Source of the DNA: Balanoglossus misakiensis
Taxonomy: Eukaryota > Animalia > Hemichordata
DNA length: 64,000 nt
Assembly: GCA_040954595.2 (NCBI GenBank)
Contig: CM082586.2
Coordinates: 3,330,349 to 3,394,348, forward strand
Direction: 5' to 3'
Positions 38,801-51,486 of this stretch are shown here, one piece after another. The position numbers and the translations under genes were made by a program. Each line of letters opens with the position of its first letter. The stretch's first letter is position 1. The notes under the pieces were generated by a model that did not search any database, was not told where the DNA came from, and saw only the letters and a program-made list of their open reading frames with translations.

Positions 38801-41800
38801 TCCCCAACGCTGGCCACAGCAGCTTTGCCTTCCACATTGCTACCAACATCAAGTTCAAGTTCAGTCATGGAAGAGATCCCTTCAACAGGCATTTCAGCTT
38901 TCCCAAGCACTTCAGGTATGATGTTTAAAACAGCACTGTCACCATCAATCATTAACGTTAGCTCCAGAAGCAGTTTTATGTCATCAGTCTGCTTACATGT
39001 ATGTTACTCACACGACTGGAAATAAAAGTTCGTAGTAGTTTTTCTTTGTTGAGAATGAAATAGCATACTACATAAAAGGGATTCTTTTCTGTTGTATGCA
39101 AAAACTTAACCAAGGCGCATCAATAATCTTCAAGATTTTTTTCACCAGGATTTCCAGCAACACCAGAGGTTACAAGTTCCAGTTTCACACCACAGCTTAG
39201 CACACTTCCCACACCCACAGACATCCCTTCTCGCAGTACCCCACAGATGACTTTACCAGTGACCAGCAAGGAAGCTTTTGTCAGTACCCCGCTGATCACA
39301 ACATCGCCGTCTACAGTCACGTCTAGTAGCATGGTCTCTTTAAGTCAGCCGCTCAGAAGTGAAGACACGATGGTTGTTTCACCCACTCAGACAACTTCAC
39401 CATTTACCAGCAAGGAAACCATTGTCAGTACTCCTACAATCACAGCATCACCTTCTACAGATATATCTCATCTCCCTGTCTCATTGAGCAGTCCTCTAAG
39501 AAGTAGTTCCAGTGGTACAAGCAGTTTTGCAGTCACATCAGTGCGTGAGAGCCACAGTATTAGCTCATCGGAAGTCGGACAGTCTAGTCCATCAGGCATT
39601 CCAATAACCAGTCAGAGTCAAACTTCTGTTACGAGTACAGCTACAGAAACAGTCTTCTTTACTCCGTCAATTAGCCAGAGCATCACGCAAATACAGTCCA
39701 CTCAAGTGCCATCAAGCTTGTTAATCACAGACAGTTCAATTTATAGTTCATCCAGCATACTCTCAGTCAGTACGACTGTGTGGCAAAGCGTAGGACCAAC
39801 AGATGCTTTAGAAACCACCACTGCTACAAGGCCTGGGACACTATCATCTGTACCAAGCCCTACCAGTAGTACAATGGATGTCATCCGTCCAACACCAACA
39901 AGAAGTGTTGCACTGCAACCAACTTACACTGCATCAGTTTTGCCAACACAAGTCATATCATCACAAAGCACGCCACTGGTATTGAGTTCACTAACATCAG
40001 CAGCTGGGGAAACACAAACGTCCAGGATCATTGATCTGCCAAGTACAGTCATACAAAGAGAGACATCTCTAGTTCCGTCCCCATCAACAACATTGATGCC
40101 AAGCAAGTCAGCACCATTTACACCTGACATAACACCAGTTCAGATGGCATCATCACCTACAGTGGTGACATCTCTCATTTCTGAATCTGTTGGGGTTACA
40201 ACATTCCCTCCTACCGGTACATCCCAGGTACCAGTTTCAACGTCTGTGACCCCAAGTCCATCAGATGCTTCGACAACCGAACTCGTGCACACCAGTAGCA
40301 AACCAAGTCAGATGTCATCTCTAATTCCAAGTGCAACAACACTCATTGTCAGGTCCTCCGTCACTGAGGGTGTTGCTAGCTCTCAGACAATCCAAGCAAG
40401 CACTCCACAGTTAAGCAGTGTTGTGCTTTCCACACCAGGCAGTGCGCTCTCTGAAACACCGACCATGACAACAACAGACAGATTGTCATCCTCGATTGCA
40501 TTCCCTGGCGTTACCACAGAAACTTCCACATTGGCAACCATGACAGTGACCCAGACACTGATCTCATCTTCACCAGCTTTAAGCCCTACCAGTGGTATGT
40601 CATCACCTCAAACAGCGATATCAACCACAGTCACAGCTCCAAGTCCATCACCACCACAGGGATCAAGTACACCTGTTTCCATGGTAGCATCATCCAGTGC
40701 AGAAATCACTCCATCACTGTCAGTTCAGACTGATCAAGTTACAGGTATTACAAAGCGAACATACTTTTCATATAAATAACGAATGCTTATTAAACTCCAG
40801 CTGCTTATGAGGAAACTGGAAAAACACTGCAGCTTGGTCTTAAGGCTTAGACTTGCCACCAACAGACAAATGCACCTGCACACAATCTGCCTGGCAACTG
40901 CTCTCCTCATCACTTGCCAGATGTATACATGTAGCAAATCAGCTTACAGTGCCTATAATGGGAAGCTGCTAGCAATCTGACACAACATGGTGATGGCAGA
41001 TTAAAACCAGATGGACACTTGCCATTCAGCTGCACATGCTTTATGGACAGTCACACTTGCAATTACATATACTGGTACATTTTGTACCACAAGAACATAT
41101 ATTATATGCTAATACATTTGTAATCTTTCAACTTTTCAACACTGCTACAGTTCTCACTCTCTCTTCACCTAAACAGCTGCAATGCAGCATTGCATTCTGT
41201 CACATTTATTACGCGTATTTATGTCGTTTGTTGGGATTAAGTTTTTGTAAGGTGTCTGTATGATGTCTCTATGTCTCATCATTTCTGTTTACTGCAAAAT
41301 ATTCTGATGTCATGTTTCTTTCAGTTCAGAATTATTTGCTTCTCGGCATGGATGATGCTCTATGTAAATCTGTCTTCTTCCAGCATATTCTTTTGTACAA
41401 AATGTACAAGTCTTTTAATCTATTTTTTTCAGATTATTATAAGTTCAACCAGGAAAGCATGAACTGCTACCTGGTAACATACTAACGTAATAATTTCAAA
41501 TGATTTAATCTTGTTTAATTGGCACAGCTACTACACAGCCAGTCAGTACAAGGACTACACCAGTATCACCAACACCAACTCCAGTTTTCTCTCCAACACC
41601 AACATTTACTAGTACACCCAGCCCTACTGCCAGCAGCACAGTCATGGTAACGCCAACCCCAACCCCTACAGCCACACCTGGACCTCCTACATGTGCTAAT
41701 GGACTCTGCCAGAATGGCGCTACCTGTGTGGATTACGTAGAGGATGGAGAGACAGTTTTCAACTGTACATGTACATTTCAGTACCAAGGAGTCTATTGTG

Positions 41801-44800
41801 AATCTGGTAAGTCTCTTGATTGTGAATATGGATTTCGTAAAGCACTCTCTGGTGACATCACTTTGAAATTCTCATCAGTCTTTTGAGCCAAGGCCAATAG
41901 CTGTACATTTGGTATCACTCTAATAACTTCCTATGATATATTTGCAGCCAAGATCATTCAGAACCCAGCTTTCATCGGAGAATCGTATCTAGAGTACGGT
42001 CGCCTACCCCTGTCGACACAGACATCAACGGTTCTCAGAGTAGAATTTCAAACCACAGACCGAGATGGCAGTCTGATCTATTCAGCAGGGGAATACACGA
42101 ACGATGATCTGAACAGACCGACTAACTTTATACATTTGTACTTGGAAGACGGTGTTCTCAAGGTAGATTTTTTATCCTTGTTTTCTGCCAGTATGATTTT
42201 GCGTGCCAGTCCATGCATTGCTTGACTGGTATGGTTTTCTAAGAAAAGAGGAATTGCCAAACTCATGACATTTTATCAGCACGTTCTTGTATCGATCTTG
42301 ATTTGGACATCTGGCAATGAATATTGCTATGTCTTGATACCCTCCTAACATGCTAAAAACTTTTGTTTCTTTAGTATCAATTTTCCTGTAAAATATCCAC
42401 CTTTATATTGGACACTGGCATCACTATCAACAGAGGACAACTGTATGAAGCAATTGTAATGTAAGTCATCAAGTTTTGTTGGACAAACATAGATTGATAA
42501 TTGGGCTATGGGTTTGACAATTAAAAGTTACAGTTGTGTGTTGATTTGACATGTTAACATGTCGCAGTAAATTTTTTGCCAATTGCACTTCTCTACAACC
42601 CCACAGCACATTTGTGAACCTTCGTATCGTTTGCAACCAGTGTAATTTGTGGTTTATTTTGTAACATTGTAGCCAAGACAGAGGTTGCCAAGCGACTGTT
42701 ATCATCGACCGTACTGTCAAGCAAGATGGATTGCCATGTTCCTTCTCTGTGTGTGAAATGTCGGATCTTGGACCGCTCTACGTCGGGGGTCTGCCACCAA
42801 ACATGGCCGCCCTGAACAGCGCCCCCGCCTTCACCAACTTTGTCGGGTGCATCAGTCTACTCAACGTTGATGGCATCGTGCACACATTCATGGACGCTCT
42901 CAGTGGGGATAATGTATATGAATGCGGATCAGCTCCCACTTTGCCGCCACCTCCAACGACGCCAAAACCCACCACAACACAGCCACCGCCAACCACAGCA
43001 GCACCAACCCCACCACCGACGTGTGCTGATGTCATCTGTGAGAATGGTGGCACATGCACCAATGTGGTGCTTGCAGATGGGACCATCAAGTTTCAGTGCA
43101 GTTGTCTGTTACACTTCAAAGGAACTTTCTGCCAAGAAGGTATAAATCTAGTCATCACTTTTGAACATTATGATGTTTTATACTGGTGCATTACAAGATG
43201 ATGTTTTATACTGGTGCATTACCATGAGTTTAATATTATTGCAGTGACTGTAATATCTTCATTAAAACTATTTTTTTCAGATGTTGCAATTCATTTCCCG
43301 GCGTTTTCTGGGAACTCCTACTTGGAGCATGCTCAGTTGGACTTCACGTCAGACTCCACCAATGAAATCTACATAACATTCAAGACAGTGGCAACAGCAG
43401 GGACGATCTTCTACTCCGCACAGAGTCCTAGTAACCCTACGAGTAACTTCATCCACTTGTATGTCTACAATGGTGTGTTGAATTATCAGTTGAACTGCGG
43501 TATTGGTCAAATTCTGACTGTTAACACTTTGGTTTTCGTCAGTAATGATGAACTGATTGAGGTCTTCATCAGGTAAGCATTTATTCCAGTTTGCCAAACT
43601 TATGTCCTTTTATCCATCCATCCTTCCATTAAGCATTCATTCAATCATCCATCTGTTCATCCATCTATCTAGTAACAACGCCTAATTTCTTTCTTTGTCG
43701 CAGACAAACCAAACCATCAGGACAGTTTGGAGGTGTATGTACAGCATCAGTGACTGTTGACAACCATCTTCCAGTTGCTGCTTCTGTCTTCACTTTCATG
43801 TCGGAAAGCAGGCTTGGACCACTCTACTTGGGCGGTCTTCCTCCTGGGATGGTTGCCCTAGCAACACGTCAGCCAGTAACTGGTTTTGTTGGATGCGTAC
43901 GTCATCTGCAGATCAACGATGTGGAGTACTTTGTGTTCGATGATGCTGTCGATGGTGTGAACATCGGGGAATGTGAAGTTGAAGCTTGTGTTTATGAGCC
44001 ATGTAGAAACAATGCGACTTGCACAGTGTAAGTTCACATGTGTGTTCAGTGAAACCTGTCTATTGAGAACATCTTCAGGAACAAGAAAACCCAGAATATT
44101 GAAAGACTTTTGAGTGAGTGAATCATGACAATAATTGCAAATTTCTACTCCAGGTCACCAGAAAATCCAGAAGAATGGTTTTGCGAATGCCAACAGGGTT
44201 ATGAAGGTGAACTGTGTGAGAGAGCCACAGAACACTGTATTGGTGATCCATGCTTGCATGGTGGTACTTGCGTATCAGTAGTCCAAGGATTCATCTGCCT
44301 GTGTCCCTATGGCAGACATGGTATCACCTGTGATCTGAGTAAGTAGAATTGTCCGAACGCCCTGATTTTGTCATCTTTGGAACATCCAAATAGCAACTAT
44401 TAGAGCAGCAGATGTTTCTATGGCTGTTGTTTGTTCCAGAAATTCACCAATATCATCTGGTGGTTACACTGTTGTAACAAAAGCTCCTCCAACGTTACAT
44501 AATGGTACATTCTGAAAAATTTCAGGTCTTGACATCACTAGGCCTCACTACAGCGGATTGCAGTTTGGTTATTCTTCATTCGCGGCGTATCAGCGCAACA
44601 CCAACCTGGATTTCCTGACTCACATGAGACTGAAGTTTACATTGGATGGCACTGCCACAGCCTTGAGAAGTGGACTGATGGTGTTCTCTGGTCAGAGAGG
44701 TAAGGAAGGGGTGTATGGAGAGTCTTGATGTATCAGCGTGGTTCCAAAAAAGATAGTAAATTGCTGAAAATGTGGAAATAGGAATGTGGTCCTGCGTAGT

Positions 44801-47800
44801 TGCTGGTCAATAAAGATGTGCCAATAAGATGGGTTTAACCATGTTCGTTGTGTAAATACTTGATGTTATGTCATTTTAGGTGAAGGTCCTGGCTTTGGTA
44901 GTGATTACATAGCACTAGGAATACAAAATGGCTATCTACTCTGGATTGTAGACCTTGGTTCAGGTGAGTGGACTGGACTCATTCCCTTTTCCAATCAAAG
45001 GAAAAATAGCTCAGTGAAGAAACATTTCACCCAGAAATGGCCTTTGTGGGGAGTTGTGTACGTAGCATCCTCACAGTCCATAAAGGCTTATAAAGGCTTC
45101 CTTCCCATTGTTGCCATGGTTCCAACTGTTGCTACGATGGCAATCATGTTAAATCCATTTCTGACAAATATAACTGTTTCACTTTGACAGGACCAGCATA
45201 TGTATGGAGCAGTACCCCCATAGACCTGACTCTGACCACTCACACAGTAGAGATGGGTCATGAAAAACAGCTCACCTGGCTCAAGGTTGACGACCAGGCC
45301 AATGTGACCGGACAGACACAGGGACGTCTAGTTGGTCTCAATTCCTTCTCGGATATCTACATTGGTGGTTATGATGTCTATCAGTTAGCACTGTTACCAG
45401 CTAATGTTAATTTCACCAATGGCTTCCAAGGTAAACCCCTTTCTGTATTTCAAGTGCTAGGTAAAATTTCTTTGAAATTGCATTTCTCATCTTGTGTTAA
45501 TTTGAATTACCGTAACTTTATAGTCCATATGCCAACAACTGCACTGAAAGTACTGGTGTGGTGTACATGCCAATAAAGCGTGAATTTTTTTATCTGTAGG
45601 TTGCATTTTTGATGTTGAGATTAAAGCCGGCAAGTTCGGTGAATTCACTGCCCCTGGACAACCGCCAGGCCATGTCAAGAATGGACGTAATGTGGGTCAG
45701 TGTGGTCACTCGGAATGTGAACTGGTCACTTGTTACAACGGTGCTACCTGTATCGATCTTGGAGCATCATTTGAGTGAGTTTTGTTTAATTTGTCTTGAA
45801 ATAATTCCTAGTTCCAATGAATATGTTATGGAGAAATGATTATTCAGTTATTCAGTTTCTCTGTCTTTATCATAGGTAACAGGTCATGTTGAAAGGTTCT
45901 TCTTTTTATTATGTTCTTCCTCAGATGCATGTGCACAGACGGATGGACTGGAGAGCTGTGTGATGAGGTTGTCGGTCCGTGTGATGCGTCCCATAATCCA
46001 CCGCCCCTCTGTGCTGCGGGATCTACCTGTACCCTGGCTGTGGAAGGATACGTGTGCCATTGCCCTCTGGGTAAAATGGGACAGTACTGTGATCAAGGTA
46101 AGGAGTTTGTTGCAGTTTATGGGTAAAATGGAAGAAGTCTTCCACAGTGGTAACTCTGCTAAAATTTATCAAGATTGTCACACTTGTCCTGATTATTTTT
46201 CAGATGTTGTTATCAGTGACGCATCTTTCCAATCCGAGTCTTCCTACATGGCATTTCCTGCTGTCAGTGTACGTCACACCACGAACATCACAATCCAGTT
46301 CAAACCAGATTCAGAGGATGGGTTGTTGTTCTACGCTGCTCAGAATCTTGGCGTCAACTCGGGAGACTTCATATCTGTCTCCCTGTACAAGGGATCGGTT
46401 GAGCTGAGGTACAAACTTGGGCCAGAAGACCCGGTCCTAGTGCAGACGTCAAATAAAGTGGATATAACTTCTGAGCAGTGGTACACAGTAGAAGCTGGCA
46501 GAACTGACAGAGCTGGTTACGTTCTACTGAACGGAGTTGAAACCAAAGGTACGTCACACCGATAATTTTCATAATTTATATATACTGTGTGATATGTACA
46601 TATATACATACAAACTGATTACAATGTATTCTGATTACATTTCTATGTCTTGTCTGGATTTCTTCAGGCACACTGACCTCAGGTTTAAGATCACTAGATA
46701 TCACAACACCATTTTACATCGGCGGTCTTTCTCACTTCGCTAAGTTGGCACCGAATGCCATGACTGATGAACCGTCCAGCTACAAGGGATGTGTTAGACA
46801 GCTGATTGTCAACAACAGAGATTACGAACTCAATCAACAAGGTAAGAATATTAGTATATCAGTTATCATTCTGAAAAATCTTTCACTTGATTTGCAAGAA
46901 TTTATGACTATGGATAGACCTCTAACTGTTGTTTATTTGCAGGTGCAGTTGAAGGTCGAGATGTACTGGACTGCGATGGCACTGCGTGTGGATACAGTGT
47001 GTGTAAAAATAATGGTGCATGTGCTCCGGTTGGGACCACAGATTTTGTATGCTCGTGTTTCTGGGTAAGTAAAAGTAAATGTCACATGTGAAAACTGCAC
47101 CGAGTAGTGGTGAAGGGTTGCAAGAGATCAGTATCTTATGAAACTTTGTATTTTTTTTTTCAGCCACTGACAGGCAAGACATGTGAGGAGTCTGCCTTCT
47201 GCATCAACAACCTTTGTCAGAATGGTGCTACATGTATCGGTGACGAGAATTCATTCAGATATAGCTGCGTATGCCCTGTAGGATATGCAGGCTTTTACTG
47301 TAATCAAGGTAGGATGTTTATAAATCCACTTGAGTTGAGTGAGTAGGGGGACCGGGTGTGCTTGTGACTTAACTCGGTGGAACCACTGTCGTATTGTCAA
47401 GTTTATTGTCAAGTCACGACTAGCATATGACTTGTCTTTGCACTAACAGCCTTTCATTGTCTGTCCTTCTCTCTCTACCTCACAGAAATTACTTTTGATA
47501 GCGCCGAGTTCACTGGCAGAAGCTACTTGTATTTCGAAGTGGAAGACTACAACACAATGGACCTGACAACAACCACTGTATCTCTGAACTTCAGCACTTC
47601 ATCTGTGGACGGTCTGATATTGTGGATGGGTCAACCAAACAGAGATGACAATAATGATTACCTTGGTGTTGGCCTGGTAAATGGCAGAGTAAAACTCAGG
47701 TGAAAAATATACAGCCACAATCTTTCTATCAAATGACTACACAATGTCTATGTTACGGGAACTAAGACAGATAACTTAACATCTCCCTCATTTCTTGCGC

Positions 47801-48547
47801 TATGATTGGTCAAATAAATGTCACTTGGTGTACATTAGCAATTAGGTTTTTGAACTGTTAACTGACCGGGTTAAAGTTCTGACAACTATTACTGAGAAAA
47901 TTAATTTCATTGGTAGTGGTATTAACAATGTATTATCACATTACAATTTACAGTTTGAGTCTCGGCTGGCAGTCCTATGGATCTCTATTCTCAAGTGTAC
48001 CAGTCTCTGATGGACAGTGGCATTCACTTATCATAAACAGGTGAGTGTTTTCTGTCAAAATGTTATCATAATGCTTGTCCGCCTCAGTATACATTTACGT
48101 ACATGTACACAAACATGTGATCGCTAACTTATTTCTAACAACTATCTTTATCTTGCCAGAGTTAATACAGAAATGTCCTTGTACATTGATGGTATCAGAA
48201 CTCCAACCTATACCATAGGAGGTACTTATTATGAACTCAATACAGATGGATTGTATTATTTAGGTAAGGATCAACTATATTTACAAGTTTTTCGTTCATC
48301 TTCACAATTACAACATATCCTCAGGTATTTATATAAAACTGACTTCTAAATTTTTTTTATCTCTATAACAGGTGGATTTGACTATAATGCTGATGTCACT
48401 GATCTGACTGGGCAGCAGTTTTCTAGCCCTTTCATTGGCTGTATGAGAGATGTTCAGATCCAGCCCAATATGGCCACCCTGGATTTGATGCAGGCCCAAC
48501 AAGGTGCTGGTATTGAGAGTTGTGATGATGACATCACTGGCAGGTAG
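23831..48547 (+). CDS. EYS: Protein eyes shut homologue (EYS/spacemaker), secreted, about 5,044 aa, 45 coding exons
   Basis: Signal peptide; N-terminal domain with [13 protein letters not shown] and [13 protein letters not shown]...CSGQGICLS, as recalled for vertebrate EYS. About 59 tandem EGFs, S/T stalk, then EGF-LamG-EGF-LamG-2EGF-LamG-2EGF-LamG-2EGF-LamG; no TM segment. My exon chain from 23831-24566 to 48372-48547 sums to 15,135 nt, in frame; stop TAG 48545-48547. Confidence 0.92.
24330..36815 (+). CDS. EYS: EYS tandem EGF/Ca-binding EGF array, about 59 repeats over 24 exons
   Basis: Manual count of 6-Cys units with (D/N)xDEC.S.PC.NG(G/A)TC consensus. Confidence 0.88.
27368..27381 (-). 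promoter_or_regulatory. CTCF-like motif in an EYS intron
   Basis: Reverse complement CCTCTAGAGGGCAG resembles the CTCF core CC.CYAGRKGGCR. Confidence 0.35.
34765..34796 (+). repeat. (TTTA/TTTG)n microsatellite at an acceptor site
   Basis: tttgtttatttgtttatttatttatttattta. Confidence 0.75.
36816..41690 (+). CDS. EYS: EYS Ser/Thr/Pro-rich mucin-like stalk, about 1,280 aa (3' part of exon 36324-38915, exon 39149-40744, start of 41528-41806)
   Basis: Cys-free S/T/P-rich reading frames bounded by phase-1 splice sites. Confidence 0.88.
37571..37781 (+). repeat. 117-bp (39-aa) internal duplication in the EYS stalk
   Basis: [31 protein letters not shown] at 37571 and [31 protein letters not shown] at 37688. 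Confidence 0.9.
41691..48547 (+). CDS. EYS: EYS C-terminal region: five laminin-G domains interleaved with eight EGFs
   Basis: F.G.SYL / F.T...G.I.Y / LY(V/L/I)GG / F.GC LamG motifs in exons 41948-43139, 43281-44027, 44526-45774, 46204-47064, 47486-48547. Confidence 0.9.
43170..43222 (+). repeat. Intronic 25-bp direct duplication (period 28)
   Basis: atgatgttttatactggtgcattac at 43170-43194 and 43198-43222. Confidence 0.85.
43611..43670 (+). repeat. Degenerate (ATCC/ATTC)n microsatellite
   Basis: tatccatccatccttccatt..cattcattcaatcatccatc..catccatctatct. Confidence 0.7.
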
Positions 48548-48661
48548 CCAATCAGTGACAGTGTTAGCCAAGAGTTAACCAATAAGAGACTGTCTTGCTT
48601 GCATTTGTAACAGGATTGTATATTTCATATGCAGAACTTTATCCATTTTGTGCTTGACTCC

Positions 48662-48667
48662 AATAAA
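48662..48667 (+). terminator. Candidate EYS polyadenylation signal (alternative at 49351-49356)
   Basis: AATAAA 115 nt after the stop, followed by a very AT-rich tract. Confidence 0.45.
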
Positions 48668-49437
48668 AATCACCTTGATTATTAAAAATTAAAGTAATTA
48701 TTTTATAAAATTTTAAATTAAGTCGTCAAAATATTTATTAAATTTAAGTTTCAAAAAACCTAAAATCTTATGTTTGTATTGTCTGTAAATTTGATATTAA
48801 TAATTTTAAATTTAATTTTAAAGTATGTATACATTTACTACTACTGCAAGTGAGAGATATATTTGTAAAATACCAAGGTAAAATGTACAATTAAAAAATC
48901 CATCCATCTTTTTTTGTTAGATTTCAACCTTTTTGTCCAAATCAGCATATTTTGTATATATGGTATGAGTATCCAATAATGCAATATCTTATGTGAATTG
49001 CAAGTTATATTAAGGGATTAGTTGAAACATTTTTGATTGAATGATTTGCAGATATTTTTATGAGCATGTCTATAGAGAACATTTTGAGGATCATTTTTTA
49101 TTTATTTCCATTAAATATCTTGGCTTTCACCAAATTTCGAAACTTCCTGTTCAAAAGTTGCAAGGGTATTTCTGTCATCATCTACATATATTGCAGCAGT
49201 TTGATGTACTTGTACCAAAAGCAATTAAATCTGTGTGCTGTCAAGTGGTAGGCACTGCTTAAACTGTATTTAAAAAGATTCTATGTGTATATTTATGGCA
49301 CTGTCTTGAAATTTTGTATTTTTATATTCTTCATGAATTGCCTTTTTTGTAATAAAATGATCAGAGAAACTTAACATTATCCTGTATTGTGTACATACAA
49401 ATCTTGTTGATCATGAGCACGACTCTATTATGGTTGA

Positions 49438-49456
49438 GGGGGGGGGGGGGGGGGGG
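49438..49456 (+). repeat. Poly-G tract (similar tracts: poly-C near 51629-51648, poly-G near 57563-57603)
   Basis: Homopolymer runs seen directly. Confidence 0.9.
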
Positions 49457-51003
49457 ACTTTCAAGGTCACTGAATAGTGTACAGTACAGTCCCATAATAT
49501 GCCCTTAAATGCACCTGTTTACACCTTAGATGGGTGAATTGACTAAGGAACCGACCAATCAAAGCCAACATTACAAGGCAGAAAATGCAATATTTCCTTT
49601 AAATTGTTGGATAAAACCGCTATTTGGCACCTTTTGTGAAATTTGCAAGAAAATGACAATACTGTTTTCTCGAAATGGTACATATTATGCTACAGAATGT
49701 GACAACCCATCCATGTACTTTCCGCACAAAAAGTAGGAAAATGTCATCTGACACGCTGAAGATCCGAACCATGTACTCCACACCGTGCCATTGGATAACA
49801 TTTCGCACACTTCCATCAAATGACGTTTATTATCCAATCAGGGCTCCGGTCTTATAACTCATTGAACCTCTGTAGGTTCAAATTTTCTCACACTGTTGAT
49901 TCCACTGATTCCCAACGGTCGCAAAGATGCGAGAAAAGAATCTCTTGTCTTCTCCCAAATGCACGAATTTCATAGGCGATGATTTGGGGCGGTGACTCGT
50001 GGATGTACAAAACATGCATCAGATTTAGGAATATTATATGTACCTACCTTATACCACGTGTCCACAAACAAGCAGAAAATAAATATTGAAAATGATGCCC
50101 ATGATGCCTGCAATGTGTTCACTACGTACATTTCGTAGTAGGTGAACGAACGTTTACCTCAATTCTAGAGGGTGTAACGTGCAAGCACCATATCGTGCAT
50201 CTTTCCCACATGAAATTTAACGCTCGAAAAGATAATATAATAAACTTAATTACCGGAAACTCCAAAGTAAACCGCCGTCTTGGGATGAAGAGTGGCCATG
50301 TTCCAATCCACGTTCGGTCGGTCCCACCCTCGAGATGTTCAAAATTGGCAAACTACACACACAAAATTGCAACTTTGTCGACGGTTTAGTGTTGGTTGGC
50401 ATTTCATAAGTTGTGTTTCCTCTTCTCGGCAAGAAAAAGTTCATCAACTTCGCGTTCCAGGTCCAGAGTAGAAAGCGTGTGCATCGTCCCCATCGGTTCC
50501 CATCTTCCATGTCCTCTTCGATAAACATAGGTTATTACCCACAAAACACTACGGTTACGTGACCGAAGCCGCATCTGATAACCGATGATGTAACGTTCAT
50601 TTTTATGTTCATAAACTCTAGAATATTTCAGTTTCACATTTGGCGATTCCGGAAACAAACTTCATCATGATCTGTAAAAGCGTAAATGTAAGGAAGATAA
50701 CTTTAGTGTATAATATCAAGATCCAACAATTTATATTAGTAAGAATTATCAGGTAGGGCCTACATGTATTTGGATGTTTGTGCAATGGAGATTGTTCAAA
50801 TTAGAAAGAATTTTTTGACTTGTTGGAAGTAAATTTGTAAACAAGAGCTAATACCATTCTGGTCATGTTAAGTCAAAGAGCAATTATACGAAAAAGGTAT
50901 TCTTTGCCAACGTACTATTCTGGGTATCATAGAAAGGAAGAAACTGAAAAGGATTCTTATATTTTTCTTACTAACTTGCATACAAAATACTTAAAATAAT
51001 CTT

Positions 51004-51060
51004 TTAAGAACCTTATAAGAAACTTATATGATTCTTAGAAGTTTCTTATAAGATTCTTAA
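51004..51060. repeat. 22-bp inverted repeat (hairpin), possible MITE/foldback remnant
   Basis: ttaagaaccttataagaaactt (51004-51025) and aagtttcttataagattcttaa (51039-51060), one mismatch, 13-nt loop. Confidence 0.8.
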
Positions 51061-51159
51061 ATATATTTTGTACAGGAATAATGACTGAACTCGGAATTAC
51101 TGTTCATGTTGAGTAATTGGTGCATAAATTGTAAGAACGCACACTTTTCATGTGCGTCC

Positions 51160-51290
51160 CCACTCACTGACGTCACGTAAAAACAAAGGAGAAAATCATG
51201 GCTGGTAGGATGGCGCTGCACACTATAGTTCAATCAAGGTCATTGAACCCGGAAGGGGCGGGGTGCTGCGAAGAACCCGGAAATCGTCCC
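51160..51290 (+). promoter_or_regulatory. Candidate promoter of the Pinocchio-like gene
   Basis: Palindromic CRE TGACGTCA near 51168, two CCCGGAA ETS sites, GGGGCGGGG GC box, locally CpG-rich. Confidence 0.55.
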
Positions 51291-51486
51291 TTTAAAAGTT
51301 GTATGATTGTGTGATCGCGCTGACAACAGCCGCAAATTAAGTTCAATAATAGTGCAAAGAGGTTTATACCGCCTGATTTAGCCTTTCGCAGGCAATTATT
51401 CAAATATGAAGCTTTGAAACTGTGGCGGTGTTGTGTTGCTATTGACAATCTGTGACGGTGCTTTGTTTACATCTGGATGATCAGAA

